NCBI GenBank assembly: GCA_934096555.1
Contig: CAKOMD010000003.1
Location: 15,489 to 79,488, forward strand
Direction: 5' to 3'
Source of the DNA: an uncultured Bacilli bacterium
GTDB lineage: Bacteria; Bacillota_I; Bacilli_A; RF39; UBA660
DNA length: 64,000 bases
Shown: in pieces, positions 47,211-56,783 of the stretch
Layout: each line of letters begins with the position of its first letter
Position numbering within the stretch: position 1 is the first letter of the stretch
The notes under the pieces: generated by a model
Told to the model about the DNA's origin: nothing
What the model saw: only the letters and a program-made list of their open reading frames with translations
Databases searched by the model: none
Program-made: the position numbers and the translations under genes

Positions 47211-48725
47211 CTAAGAATTAGAGTTCTTTTCTTTATTATTATGAATATCATCAATAGTAACTTTACTATCGTGAGGAATAGGCTTCCAAGTAACTTTCAT
47301 AAATAAAGCAGCATAAGTACTATATCTACCAATTATATCAAATGTAGGCCAAGTTAAAGTATATAATACTTTCTTCATAAAAGGAATCTTTTTAATATTT
47401 TTTCTTTCAATAATAAATACGTAAACTGCTATCCACATATCTTGAAAATACATACCTATTCTATATAAAAGTCTAAACCAAATAGAAATAAGCATTCCGA
47501 CAAAAAAAGCATTAATGCCAGGGTTAACTACTATTTTAATTTCAAATAAACCTCTAAGAGCCTTTGCTAAATAAGTGCTACCACTAAATAAATTACTACC
47601 ATTAATTCCCATGTTATAGCAGTAGCAGCCATACATAATAACTACAACAATTAGCCATCTAGCAAGATTAAAAACTGAAAATGGCGTAAGTTGCATTAAA
47701 GTATCAAAAGAAGCAAATCTGTGTCTAATAGATTCTATAATAGATAACATAACACTCTTAAATGTTTTCTTTTCTTTTTTCTTCTTCTTTTCCTGCCATC
47801 TAGTTTTTAAAAATAATTTACCAAAGAATATATTAATAAATAGATATGGTCCAGATTCAACAAATGCAAGTAAGTGTCCTTTAGACCATCTAGTTCTTTG
47901 TCTTAAAGCCACTTTTAAACTAGTAGGTTGCTCATCATAGAACATAGCCTCATCTTGATAAGATATTCTATATCCTTGAGCAACAGCATCCGCAGTAAGT
48001 GCTCTATCTTCAGTAAGAGAAGTATAATGCCAACCATTTTTTACAATCTCATTAGTAAATAAAAATCCTGTCCCTTGTATATTCGTAGCTAGTCTAAGTA
48101 CTGATCTAGCCCTATGATTACATCTAATAGATCTAATCCAATGTATTGCATATGTAGATGCTATCCAGTTTTCATCGAAGTTTTTAGTATTTCTATAAGA
48201 AGTAATAATCTTTTCTCCAGAATCAAAAGCATCATTCATTTTACTAATATAATCACTCTTTAAAAGATTATCAGCATCAAATATAAAATATCCTTCAAAA
48301 CTCATTCTACCATAGTCTTCTTCAATTTTTTCTAGAAGATACTGAAGAGCAAACCCCTTAGTTTTATGTTCATTATCAAATCTTTCGTAGCAGACTGCTC
48401 CATGCTTTCTAGCAATTTCAGCAGTATTATCAGTACAATTATCTGCCACTACAAAAGTAGTAAGAAGTTCGCTTGGATAATCTTGTTTATTTATACTATC
48501 AAGTAAATTACCAATAACATTTTTTTCGTTTCTCGCCGCTATTAAAATAGCATATTTATGTTTTTTCTTCGCAGGTTTAAACTTTCTAGTAAAGAATAAA
48601 CCAATAAGCCAATAAACAGTTTTATAGGCCATCAATATAGTTAAAACACTACCTATGACATTATATACATGTCTCCAAGATAGATAATGCTCTCCTATTG
48701 AACTTATAATATTCATTAAATACAT
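47211..48725 (-). CDS. family 2 glycosyltransferase, membrane-integrated (processive synthase-like)
   Basis: GT-A fold with ILIAARNE, FDADN (DxD) and QRTRWSKG (QxxRW) blocks, flanked by TM helices. Confidence 0.8.
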   Translation of the reverse strand: MYLMNIISSIGEHYLSWRHVYNVIGSVLTILMAYKTVYWLIGLFFTRKFKPAKKKHKYAILIAARNEKNVIGNLLDSINKQDYPSELLTTFVVADNCTDNTAEIARKHGAVCYERFDNEHKTKGFALQYLLEKIEEDYGRMSFEGYFIFDADNLLKSDYISKMNDAFDSGEKIITSYRNTKNFDENWIASTYAIHWIRSIRCNHRARSVLRLATNIQGTGFLFTNEIVKNGWHYTSLTEDRALTADAVAQGYRISYQDEAMFYDEQPTSLKVALRQRTRWSKGHLLAFVESGPYLFINIFFGKLFLKTRWQEKKKKKEKKTFKSVMLSIIESIRHRFASFDTLMQLTPFSVFNLARWLIVVVIMYGCYCYNMGINGSNLFSGSTYLAKALRGLFEIKIVVNPGINAFFVGMLISIWFRLLYRIGMYFQDMWIAVYVFIIERKNIKKIPFMKKVLYTLTWPTFDIIGRYSTYAALFMKVTWKPIPHDSKVTIDDIHNNKEKNSNS

Positions 48726-48799
48726 ACAACAACCTCGCTTCAAATTACAAGTGTATTATATCATACAATAAATTAATAAACAAGCATATCTATTATGTT

Positions 48800-48858
48800 C
48801 ACTCTAAGCCTGTAGTCTTAGAGTGTTAAATTAAGCCTTTGATAAAGTCTTAATTTAA
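48800..48858 (+). repeat. tandem intergenic hairpin pair (family E1-E2)
   Basis: cactctaag-CCTGTAGT-cttagagtg abuts ttaaattaag-CCTTTGATAAAGT-cttaatttaa. Confidence 0.8.
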
Positions 48859-48901
48859 AATCTATTATATAAAAGCCAATTCTACATACCTTAATTAAAA
48901 T

Positions 48902-48917
48902 TATTTCCCGGGAAATA
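48902..48917. other. Noc-binding site (NBS) palindrome
   Basis: TATTTCCCGGGAAATA in the divergent region between the GT2 gene and tmcAL. Confidence 0.75.
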
Positions 48918-48968
48918 TTTTCTTTGCATTATTTAGTTAAATATGTTATTATATAACCGGTGATAATT

Positions 48969-50111
48969 ATGCATAAAATTGGTATAATCGCAGAATATAA
49001 TCCATTTCATAATGGTCATTTATATCAAATAAAAGAAATAAAAAAAAGATATCCAGATAGTACAATAATATCAGTGGTATCTTCTTCATTTACTCAAAGA
49101 GGAGATATTTCGTTATTAAATAAATGGGATAAAACTAAAATAGCATTAGATCAAGGTATCGACCTAGTAATAGAACTGCCTTTTGTTTATTCTACGCAGG
49201 CTTCAGATATCTTCGCCGAAGGAGCCGTAAAGATACTAAATTATCTAGGTATAGATACATTAGTATTTGGAACAGAAAGAAATACCATTAAGGACTTAGA
49301 GTTACTCGCAGATATTCAAATAAATAATAAAGAATATCAAGAAAAAGTAAAATATTACTTAAATAAAGGTTTAAATTATGCTACTAGTACTAATAAAGCT
49401 CTCGAAGATATTACAAATGTAAAAGTAGATACTCCAAATGATTTACTTGCACTATCATATATAAAACAAATAAAATTAAATAAATATAATATAAAATGTA
49501 CTAATATCAAAAGAACAACTTCATATCATGGAAGTGAAATAAAGAATAATATTAGTTCTGCTAGTAATATAAGAGAAATGTTTGTAAATAAGCAAGATAT
49601 AGATAATTTAATACCATTTGATAAAAAACTTTTATACAAAGTAAGTATGAATAATTATTTAGATATATTAAAATATAAAGTATTATCTGAAGATATTAAT
49701 ATAAATAAATATCAGACAGTAGATGAAGGTATTGAAGGAAGGATAATAGATAATATTACTAAAGTAACTACTTATGAAGAGTTAATACAAAATATAAAAA
49801 CTAAACGATATACATATAACAAAATATCTAGAATGTTACTACATATATTAACTAGTTTTACTAAAGAAGAAGCATCAAATATAGATATAGATTATATTAG
49901 AGTATTAGGTTTCACTACCAAAGGGCAAGAATACCTAAGTAAAATAAAAAAGAATATAACTATTCCTATAATAACGGGATATAAAAAAAATATATCTAAA
50001 GTATTAGATATAGAATATAGAGTTACTAGGATATATTCATTATTTACATCAGCTAATCTTATTAAAAAAGAGTACCAAATAAAACCAATAATTAAAGAAA
50101 ATAATGACTAA
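48969..50111 (+). CDS. tmcAL: tRNA(Met) cytidine acetate ligase (YlbM/UPF0348 nucleotidyltransferase)
   Basis: N-terminal IGIIAEYNPFHNGHLYQI HIGH-like motif and a full-length family layout. Confidence 0.8.
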   Translation: MHKIGIIAEYNPFHNGHLYQIKEIKKRYPDSTIISVVSSSFTQRGDISLLNKWDKTKIALDQGIDLVIELPFVYSTQASDIFAEGAVKILNYLGIDTLVFGTERNTIKDLELLADIQINNKEYQEKVKYYLNKGLNYATSTNKALEDITNVKVDTPNDLLALSYIKQIKLNKYNIKCTNIKRTTSYHGSEIKNNISSASNIREMFVNKQDIDNLIPFDKKLLYKVSMNNYLDILKYKVLSEDININKYQTVDEGIEGRIIDNITKVTTYEELIQNIKTKRYTYNKISRMLLHILTSFTKEEASNIDIDYIRVLGFTTKGQEYLSKIKKNITIPIITGYKKNISKVLDIEYRVTRIYSLFTSANLIKKEYQIKPIIKENND

Positions 50112-50499
50112 ATATATCTTTAATTTTACCACTAAATAGAGAATTAATAATCTCTATTTTTTCATTATTATCTTTAGTAAATAATAGACTTGATAATAAA
50201 CAAAGTTTATCTTTATTACCTTTTTTATATTTATCATATTCCTTTTTAACATTAATATATCTAGAGGTTCCATCACTATCAATATCATTTAAAGTAAATA
50301 TATAAGCCTTAAATCTATTACTATTCTTATTATCATAAATATTAAGGATAATATTATCATCTACAATTTTATATTGAATATAGACATATTCTTTCCTTTT
50401 TAAATCAAAATCATATCCAAAGATATCATTAACAAAATCATTAAGTAAATCTGCATTAGTAATATCAACAAGCGCTAATCTAAACATTTCATCATTCAT
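50092..50499 (-). CDS. hypothetical protein
   Basis: About 135 aa from MNDEMFRL after a GGTGAAGG RBS. No motif recognised. It converges on tmcAL and overlaps its end by 20 nt. Confidence 0.45.
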   Translation of the reverse strand: MNDEMFRLALVDITNADLLNDFVNDIFGYDFDLKRKEYVYIQYKIVDDNIILNIYDNKNSNRFKAYIFTLNDIDSDGTSRYINVKKEYDKYKKGNKDKLCLLSSLLFTKDNNEKIEIINSLFSGKIKDIFSHYFL

Positions 50500-50544
50500 A
50501 ACCTTCACCAAACATAAGGTAACATATATATAATAGTAAAGTCA

Positions 50545-50578
50545 ATAAAAAAAGAAAAATGTAACCAAATAGGTTACA
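50545..50578 (-). terminator. rho-independent terminator after mutM
   Basis: On the minus strand: TGTAACC-TATT-TGGTTACA followed by TTTTTCTTTTTTT. Confidence 0.7.
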
Positions 50579-50606
50579 AATTAAATGTAAAATTATTGTA
50601 AATAGG

Positions 50607-51428
50607 TTATTTCTGACAATTAGGACAGTAATAAGTACCTCTTCCACCTACTCTAATTTTTTCTATTTTAGTATTACACTCTGGACAAGTACCTTTATCT
50701 TTTCCGTGTACTAAAAGTTCTTTTTGAAATAGTCCATGTACTCCATCTACAGAGCTATAAGTTCTAATTGTAGTTCCGCCCATTTTAATAGCCTCTTCAA
50801 GAACACTTCTCGTATACTTAATTATATTATTGGCCTCCCCTTCAGTAATTAAATTACATTTTTTTAATGGATTAATCTTACATAAGAATAATATCTCATC
50901 AGCATATATATTTCCAATACCAACTATTATACTTTGGTCTAAGAGTACGGTTTTAATAGGTAGTCTTTTATTTTTATACTTATCAAGTAAATAGCAACTT
51001 GTAAGTTTATCATCCCAAGGTTCAAGACCTAGTTCTACTAAAGGTCCTATTTTATCAATATCTTCTTTTTTAATAAGATACATTTTACCAAACTTTCTAG
51101 TATCTCTATATCTGAGTTCAGTATTATCATCTAATTCAAATATAACATGCTCATGCTTATCTATACTATCACTACTCTTTTTAAAGAAATATTTACCTTC
51201 CATTCTTAAATGAGAAAGAAGAAAATAATCATCTAAATCAAACATTAAAAATTTTCCTCTTCTTTTAACATCCTTAATAGTTTGATTAGCAATTTCTTTA
51301 ATAAATTCATCTTTATTAGGATAAGCAATAATATTATCCCATAAAACTCTAGCTTTAATTATTTTTTTATTACTTAATCTTAATTTTAAAGATTCTTTGA
51401 CTGTTTCTACTTCAGGTAATTCTGGCAT
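50607..51428 (-). CDS. mutM: formamidopyrimidine-DNA glycosylase
   Basis: MPELPEVETV catalytic N-terminus, H2TH motif and a C-terminal zinc finger CPECN...CPNCQ. Confidence 0.95.
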   Translation of the reverse strand: MPELPEVETVKESLKLRLSNKKIIKARVLWDNIIAYPNKDEFIKEIANQTIKDVKRRGKFLMFDLDDYFLLSHLRMEGKYFFKKSSDSIDKHEHVIFELDDNTELRYRDTRKFGKMYLIKKEDIDKIGPLVELGLEPWDDKLTSCYLLDKYKNKRLPIKTVLLDQSIIVGIGNIYADEILFLCKINPLKKCNLITEGEANNIIKYTRSVLEEAIKMGGTTIRTYSSVDGVHGLFQKELLVHGKDKGTCPECNTKIEKIRVGGRGTYYCPNCQK

Positions 51429-51450
51429 AATTCTTTATCACCTCACTAAT

Positions 51451-51486
51451 AAATTATTTCCCAAATTATTTCCCGGGAAATAATTT
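51451..51486. other. Noc-binding site (NBS) 24-bp palindrome preceded by an extra half-site
   Basis: AAATTATTTCCC (51451-51462) is followed by AAATTATTTCCCGGGAAATAATTT (51463-51486). The site lies between the polA stop and the mutM RBS, and its 24-mer is identical to the one at 38325-38348. Confidence 0.75.
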
Positions 51487-51489
51487 TAC

Positions 51490-54069
51490 TTATTTTGCTT
51501 CATACCAATTATTTCCCAACTCAATATCTACATCTAATGGTACTTTAAGTTCAAATACCTTAGTCATTGTATTATACACAATATCTTTAACTTTATCTAT
51601 TTCATCATTATAGACATTAAATATAAGTTCATCGTGTACTTGAAGTAACATTTTACTCTTAATATTTTCCTTTTCAAATATATTATTAATTTCTACCATA
51701 GCCTTCTTCAAAATATCAGAGGCACTTCCTTGAACTGGAGTATTAAGAGCCATTCTCTCACCCATACTTCTTACCATATAGTTAGAACTTTTAAGTTCTT
51801 CAATAACTCTCTTTCTATTCATAATAGTTTTAACATAACCATTTCTCTTTGCCTCATCTATTTCTTTATCCATATAATCTTTAACACCAGGATAAGTTTC
51901 AAAGTATTTATTAATAAACTCTTTAGCCTCTTTAACAGGAATACCAATATCTTCAGCTAATCCATAACTACTAATACCATATAAAATACCAAAGTTAACA
52001 GCCTTAGCTTGTCTACGCATATTCTTTGTAACACCTTCCATAGGTACTTTGAATATATCCATCGCCGTTTTAGTATGAATATCAACGCCTTCTTTAAAAG
52101 CATTAATTAAATCATTAACCTCAGATAAATGAGCAAATACCCTAAGTTCAATTTGCGAGTAGTCAGAGGATAATATAACACTATTATTTTCTGGTATAAA
52201 AGCCTTTCTAATTAATCTTCCATATTCACTTCTCATAGGAATATTCTGTAAATTAGGTTCAATTGAAGATAGTCTACCAGTTCTAGTAAGTGTTTGTGTA
52301 TAGATAGTATGAATTTTACCATCTTCCCTAATAGTAGAAATAATACCATCTATATAAGTAGAATATAACTTAGCAAGAACTCTATATTCTAATATTTTAT
52401 TAACTATAGGATACTCTGTAAGTTTCTTAAGTACATCAATATCAGTAGCATATCCATTCTTATTTTTCTTAGCTCCAGGTAGTTTTAATTTATCAAAAAG
52501 TATTTCACCTAATTGTTTAGGAGAATTAATATTAAACTCTTCACCAGCAAAATTATAAATATCTCTAGTTATAATTTCTAACTTAATTTTAATTTCAGTA
52601 CCCATCTCTTCAAGAACTTTTTTGTCTACTCTAATACCTTCAATTTCCATGTTAGCAAGAACTTTAGCAAGAGGCATTTCAATACTTTCGAATAAATAAA
52701 TATTATCTTCCTTCTTCATATCTTCATATAATTTATCTTTGGTATTATATATAAACTTAGCCTTAAGAATAGCTCTTCTTATAGCCTCTTCAGTAGCAAC
52801 AACTTCTTTTTTGTCATAGCTAGGAATTTCTACTTCTAATTTATTTGCTAAGTAGCAGATATCGTCCTTAGTTTCATAATTAAGTAAATAAGCACTAATC
52901 ATAGTATCAAAATTAATATTAGGTACTTTAATACCATATTTATTAAATACCACAATTAATTTTTTATAATCATAAGTAGATAGATTATAATTAGTATCTA
53001 GAATACTAGTATTATTTTTAAATATATCATAAGGTATATAGCAGGATAAAGTACTATTATATAAAGCAATGCCAAGTATTTCAGCATCATGATAATTACC
53101 AATAGTAGTATCTAAGTATATAGAGGTATCTTCACTAATCTTAACATCATTAATATCAGATATAATTTTAAATTTTTCCTCTCTATTTTTTTCCTTTTTA
53201 ATATCACTAGTATTAATCTTTCTAAGAAGAGAATAAAAACCTAAATCATTATAAATATCTATTAATTCGTCAGCATTCTCACCCTTATATAATAAATCAT
53301 CAAAAGTAATATCTAAAGGAACTTCTCTATATATAGTAACTAAGTCTTTACTGTAATATGCATCTTCCTTGCCATCAATAAGTTTAATTTGCGTAGCACC
53401 TTTTATTTTATCTATATTTTCATATATATTATCTATAGTTTTATATTCACTAACTAATTTAATAGCACCCTTTTCACCAATACCTTTAACCCCAGGTATA
53501 TTATCAGAAGCATCTCCCATTAAGGCTTTTAAATCTATCATATGAATAGGATCAAATCCATAAGTATCATTAAATGTCTTTTTATCCATCCAAATATAGT
53601 CTTTAGTTTTAAGTAGTTTAACTACTGTTTCATCACTAATTAGTTGTAGTAGATCTTTATCACTACTTACTATTAAAGCTTCATACTCAGGATCTTTTTC
53701 ACACCACATAGATATAGTACCTATAATATCATCAGCCTCATAGCCGGCACATTCTAGATACTTAATTCCCATCGCAGTAAGTATCTTCTTAGCTACAGGA
53801 AACTGTACTTTTAAGTCATCAGGTGTTTCTTTTCTTCCATCTTTATATCTTTCATATTTTTCATGTCTAAAAGTTTTACCTATATCAAAAGCTACCATCA
53901 TATATTCAGGTTTTTCATCAGAAATAATTTTATTAATCATATTAACAAAGCCATATACTCCATTAGTAGGAAATCCTTCTTTATTTCTCATTACATTACC
54001 TGTATAAGCAGTAGCATAATAGCTTCTAAACAAAAGATTATTACCATCTACAAGTACTATTTTTTTCAT
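51490..54069 (-). CDS. polA: DNA polymerase I
   Basis: 859 aa with a 5'-3' exonuclease N-domain and polymerase motifs DYSQIELR and LQVHDEL. Confidence 0.97.
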   Translation of the reverse strand: MKKIVLVDGNNLLFRSYYATAYTGNVMRNKEGFPTNGVYGFVNMINKIISDEKPEYMMVAFDIGKTFRHEKYERYKDGRKETPDDLKVQFPVAKKILTAMGIKYLECAGYEADDIIGTISMWCEKDPEYEALIVSSDKDLLQLISDETVVKLLKTKDYIWMDKKTFNDTYGFDPIHMIDLKALMGDASDNIPGVKGIGEKGAIKLVSEYKTIDNIYENIDKIKGATQIKLIDGKEDAYYSKDLVTIYREVPLDITFDDLLYKGENADELIDIYNDLGFYSLLRKINTSDIKKEKNREEKFKIISDINDVKISEDTSIYLDTTIGNYHDAEILGIALYNSTLSCYIPYDIFKNNTSILDTNYNLSTYDYKKLIVVFNKYGIKVPNINFDTMISAYLLNYETKDDICYLANKLEVEIPSYDKKEVVATEEAIRRAILKAKFIYNTKDKLYEDMKKEDNIYLFESIEMPLAKVLANMEIEGIRVDKKVLEEMGTEIKIKLEIITRDIYNFAGEEFNINSPKQLGEILFDKLKLPGAKKNKNGYATDIDVLKKLTEYPIVNKILEYRVLAKLYSTYIDGIISTIREDGKIHTIYTQTLTRTGRLSSIEPNLQNIPMRSEYGRLIRKAFIPENNSVILSSDYSQIELRVFAHLSEVNDLINAFKEGVDIHTKTAMDIFKVPMEGVTKNMRRQAKAVNFGILYGISSYGLAEDIGIPVKEAKEFINKYFETYPGVKDYMDKEIDEAKRNGYVKTIMNRKRVIEELKSSNYMVRSMGERMALNTPVQGSASDILKKAMVEINNIFEKENIKSKMLLQVHDELIFNVYNDEIDKVKDIVYNTMTKVFELKVPLDVDIELGNNWYEAK

Positions 54070-54147
54070 TATATCACCTAAGTCTTTCTATATATTAATT
54101 ATACTAAAAAAAAGACTTAAAATAAAGTATTTATAAGATATTTTATT

Positions 54148-54230
54148 AGTTCGAGCCTGTAGTCTCTCACTATCATTAAAGCCTAAGGTCTTTAATGAAA
54201 AATATGAAGCCTATAAATAGTCTTCATATT
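54148..54230 (+). repeat. three-hairpin intergenic element (family F1-F3)
   Basis: agttcgag-CCTGTAGT-ctctcact, cattaaag-CCTAAGGT-ctttaatg and aatatgaag-CCTATAAATAGT-cttcatatt. Confidence 0.8.
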
Positions 54231-54240
54231 TAAGAGTTTA

Positions 54241-55575
54241 TTACTTTATATTAAATAATTTAATATCATTTTTTTCAAGTTTAGGTAATTCTAAAGATTC
54301 TTTTTTCATATTCCAATTAATTTCATAATCAGGAAGAACCTTAGTTTTAATAGGCATCATTCTAGGAACCAAAATAACTTCATTAAAGAAATCTATAGTC
54401 TTTAGTTCTTCAATTGAAATAAGAGGACCTTTATTAGTATTACCACATAACTTACTTACTTCTTCTAGAGTATATAAATCATTTGCTAATAGATAAATAG
54501 TATTATCAAAGCACATTCTAATTAATTCAGTATTTTTACTACCATAAACATTATTTAAATTAGTAAAGTTTTTAATAAAAGCAGTAATTTTAATATTAAT
54601 TCCTCTAGCATAATTAAACTTACTATAAAAATCTACTATAGGTAATAAACTATCAAATCCATCAATAACTAAGTTAAATCTTTCATTTTTGTTTCCATAT
54701 AATTGAATACTACAAAAGATTTGATCCAATAATATAGTAATTAAATTATTAACATAACTTGAAATACCACTTATCACTATAATTGCAGTTTTTTCATTAC
54801 CAATATTAGTCATATCAAAGTCTGTTTTAGACATTGCATTAGATAATCTTTCTTTAGTAACAAATTTTTTAATTCTTTGATTAAATGTTACTAAAATACC
54901 AGCCTTTGTTTCAGGAGCAGTACCAAGTGTATTAAATAAGTATTGGTATGTACTAGAGTTTCTATTTATTGTATCAATAATATTTTCTTTGCTATTATTT
55001 ATTTGCTCAGACAAAGAAACTACACTATTTAAATTAATTTCTTCTTCTTTAGCCTTATCAAATAAGTATAGAACAAGACCAACAAAATATTCTATCGCAG
55101 TATTTTCCCAGAATATATCAGAATTATCATTACTATCATGTAATAAATAATATCCAATATTCTCTAACATTTCAATAGCCTTATCCATATTATTATTTTT
55201 ATATAATTCATAAGGAAAAGTAAGTACATTATAATACTTTCCTTTTTCTAGGTTAGCATAGTCTAATACTATAATATTATAATTATTATTTTTTAATTCA
55301 CCACCTATCTCATCTAAAATTTCTCCCTTTACATCATTAATAAATAATGATTCTCCAGCCTTAATAGCAAGTCTAATTTGTGGTAACATAACACCTTGTG
55401 TTTTACCACTACCAGGTGCACCAATAATAATAGTATGAGAATTATCATCTTTAATATATAATTTATTTTTATCATATCCCATTGGTATTCCTGATTTTTT
55501 GATATCTGAATTAATATCTACTTCTTTGAGAAATTTTAACATTTCCTCTTTAGTAGCCCATCTTGCATAATTCAT
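54241..55575 (-). CDS. soluble VirD4/TraG/TraD-like (type IV coupling protein family) ATPase, orphan
   Basis: Starts at MNYARWATKEEM after an AAGGAGA RBS. Walker A is IIIGAPGSGKTQG. The layout is T4CP-like, but no N-terminal TM helices are present. Confidence 0.6.
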   Translation of the reverse strand: MNYARWATKEEMLKFLKEVDINSDIKKSGIPMGYDKNKLYIKDDNSHTIIIGAPGSGKTQGVMLPQIRLAIKAGESLFINDVKGEILDEIGGELKNNNYNIIVLDYANLEKGKYYNVLTFPYELYKNNNMDKAIEMLENIGYYLLHDSNDNSDIFWENTAIEYFVGLVLYLFDKAKEEEINLNSVVSLSEQINNSKENIIDTINRNSSTYQYLFNTLGTAPETKAGILVTFNQRIKKFVTKERLSNAMSKTDFDMTNIGNEKTAIIVISGISSYVNNLITILLDQIFCSIQLYGNKNERFNLVIDGFDSLLPIVDFYSKFNYARGINIKITAFIKNFTNLNNVYGSKNTELIRMCFDNTIYLLANDLYTLEEVSKLCGNTNKGPLISIEELKTIDFFNEVILVPRMMPIKTKVLPDYEINWNMKKESLELPKLEKNDIKLFNIK

Positions 55576-55644
55576 TATATCATCTCCTTTCAAAAGCATT
55601 ATATTACCAAAAAACATAAAAAAGTTAAACAAAAATGGCTTTTT

Positions 55645-56142
55645 ATGATAAAATATATTTGGGAAGTGATTTTTATTTATTCTAACGAATTAGTATGTAA
55701 TATTTTAAAATATATTAATATCAATATAAATACAGAAATTACTATAATAAATTTAAGTAATATTTTTAGTTATGATAAAACATATATTATGAAAAAATTT
55801 AAAAGAGAATTAGGATTAACTATCATAGAATATATAAATAATAAGAGAATATTAAATAGTCTAAATGGTTATAAATCAAATACTACTATATTAAGAATAG
55901 CCTTATTAAATGGTTATAATAGTATAGAGTATTATTCTGAAATATTTAGAAATTTAGTAGGAGTCTCACCAAGAGTATATAAAAGATTTATTACACCTCT
56001 AAATAATTTAAATGAAGAAGAAACAAATACAATAAGAAATTCAATATCTAATTTAATTAATATTGAAAATAAAATACAAAAATATTTAAGTAATCAAAAG
56101 CCAAAAGAATTACCAGTTAGAAAATTATCGATATTTAAATAA
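55645..56142 (+). CDS. AraC-family HTH protein (DNA-binding domain only)
   Basis: 165 aa with two HTH units (LSNIFSYDKTYIMKKFKRELG; IALLNGYNSIEYYSEIFRNLVGVSPRVYKR). The start codon is uncertain. Confidence 0.65.
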   Translation: MIKYIWEVIFIYSNELVCNILKYINININTEITIINLSNIFSYDKTYIMKKFKRELGLTIIEYINNKRILNSLNGYKSNTTILRIALLNGYNSIEYYSEIFRNLVGVSPRVYKRFITPLNNLNEEETNTIRNSISNLINIENKIQKYLSNQKPKELPVRKLSIFK

Positions 56143-56147
56143 AAAAC

Positions 56148-56185
56148 AAAAAATGCACATTTTTCTTAAAATTTTGTGCATTTTT
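56148..56185. terminator. bidirectional terminator between convergent genes
   Basis: AAAAAATGCACA, a 15 nt loop, then TGTGCATTTTT. A second TGCACAA-TGA-TTGTGCA hairpin at 56206-56222 is followed by TTTTT. Confidence 0.55.
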
Positions 56186-56235
56186 ATATATTTTTAGTAC
56201 CATTTTGCACAATGATTGTGCATTTTTCAAAATTA

Positions 56236-56595
56236 TTATCCTTTTAAACTTATTATAACTCCAATTATTGAGTTGATAAAAGAAGCTATCAAAAATGTTA
56301 TTGATAGTATTAATCCAGCAATTGCTTTACCTTTTCCATTAATAGATTTTAATCCCTTGGCACTAAATATAATACCACATATAGTTACTGGATAACCAAA
56401 TAAAGGAATAATCCAAGCAGCAATAGAAACAAGTCCTAATATAAAACCTACTAAAGAACTTTTATCAGATTTATTGACATTACTATTAACATTATTATTA
56501 GTTTTATTTGTATTATTAATTAATACTCCACACTCTAGACAAATTGCTTGTTCCTCATTAAGTTTAGCTCCACAATTACTACAAAACTTAGCCAT
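56236..56595 (-). CDS. zinc-ribbon plus DUF4190-like membrane protein
   Basis: N-terminal CSNCG..CLECG zinc ribbon, an Asn-rich linker and two TM helices separated by a KGLKSINGKGKA loop. Confidence 0.65.
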   Translation of the reverse strand: MAKFCSNCGAKLNEEQAICLECGVLINNTNKTNNNVNSNVNKSDKSSLVGFILGLVSIAAWIIPLFGYPVTICGIIFSAKGLKSINGKGKAIAGLILSITFLIASFINSIIGVIISLKG

Positions 56596-56659
56596 ATACT
56601 ATACCTCCTCATCTGAGTAAATTATAACACAAGTAATACATATAAACAAACAATACATA

Positions 56660-56740
56660 AATTTAAAGACTATAAGGCTTTAAATTTTCAAATAAAGACA
56701 TTAGGCTTTATTTGATAGTGAGAGACCTTAGACTCGAACT
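56660..56740 (-). repeat. three-hairpin intergenic element, inverted orientation (family G1-G3)
   Basis: aatttaaag-ACTATAAGG-ctttaaatt, caaataaag-ACATTAGG-ctttatttg and agtgagag-ACCTTAGA-ctcgaact. The reverse complement aligns along its whole length with 54148-54230 and 61500-61580. Confidence 0.8.
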
Positions 56741-56783
56741 AAAAATAAAAGAAACATATAATTTAATATATGTTTCTAATTAA

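Noticed and set aside
33729-51486. CCCGGG-centred palindromes as REP-like elements, restriction-site relics or a novel operator.
   Set aside because: The 16-mer is identical to the published Noc-binding site, so established biology explains it. It is kept as a finding only for its density and context.
54241-56595. Integrative conjugative element or prophage remnant, suggested by the TraG/VirD4-like gene.
   Set aside because: No integrase, relaxase, VirB4, replication or phage structural genes are present, and there is no tRNA or att-like duplication. Only an orphan ATPase is supported, and it is reported as such.
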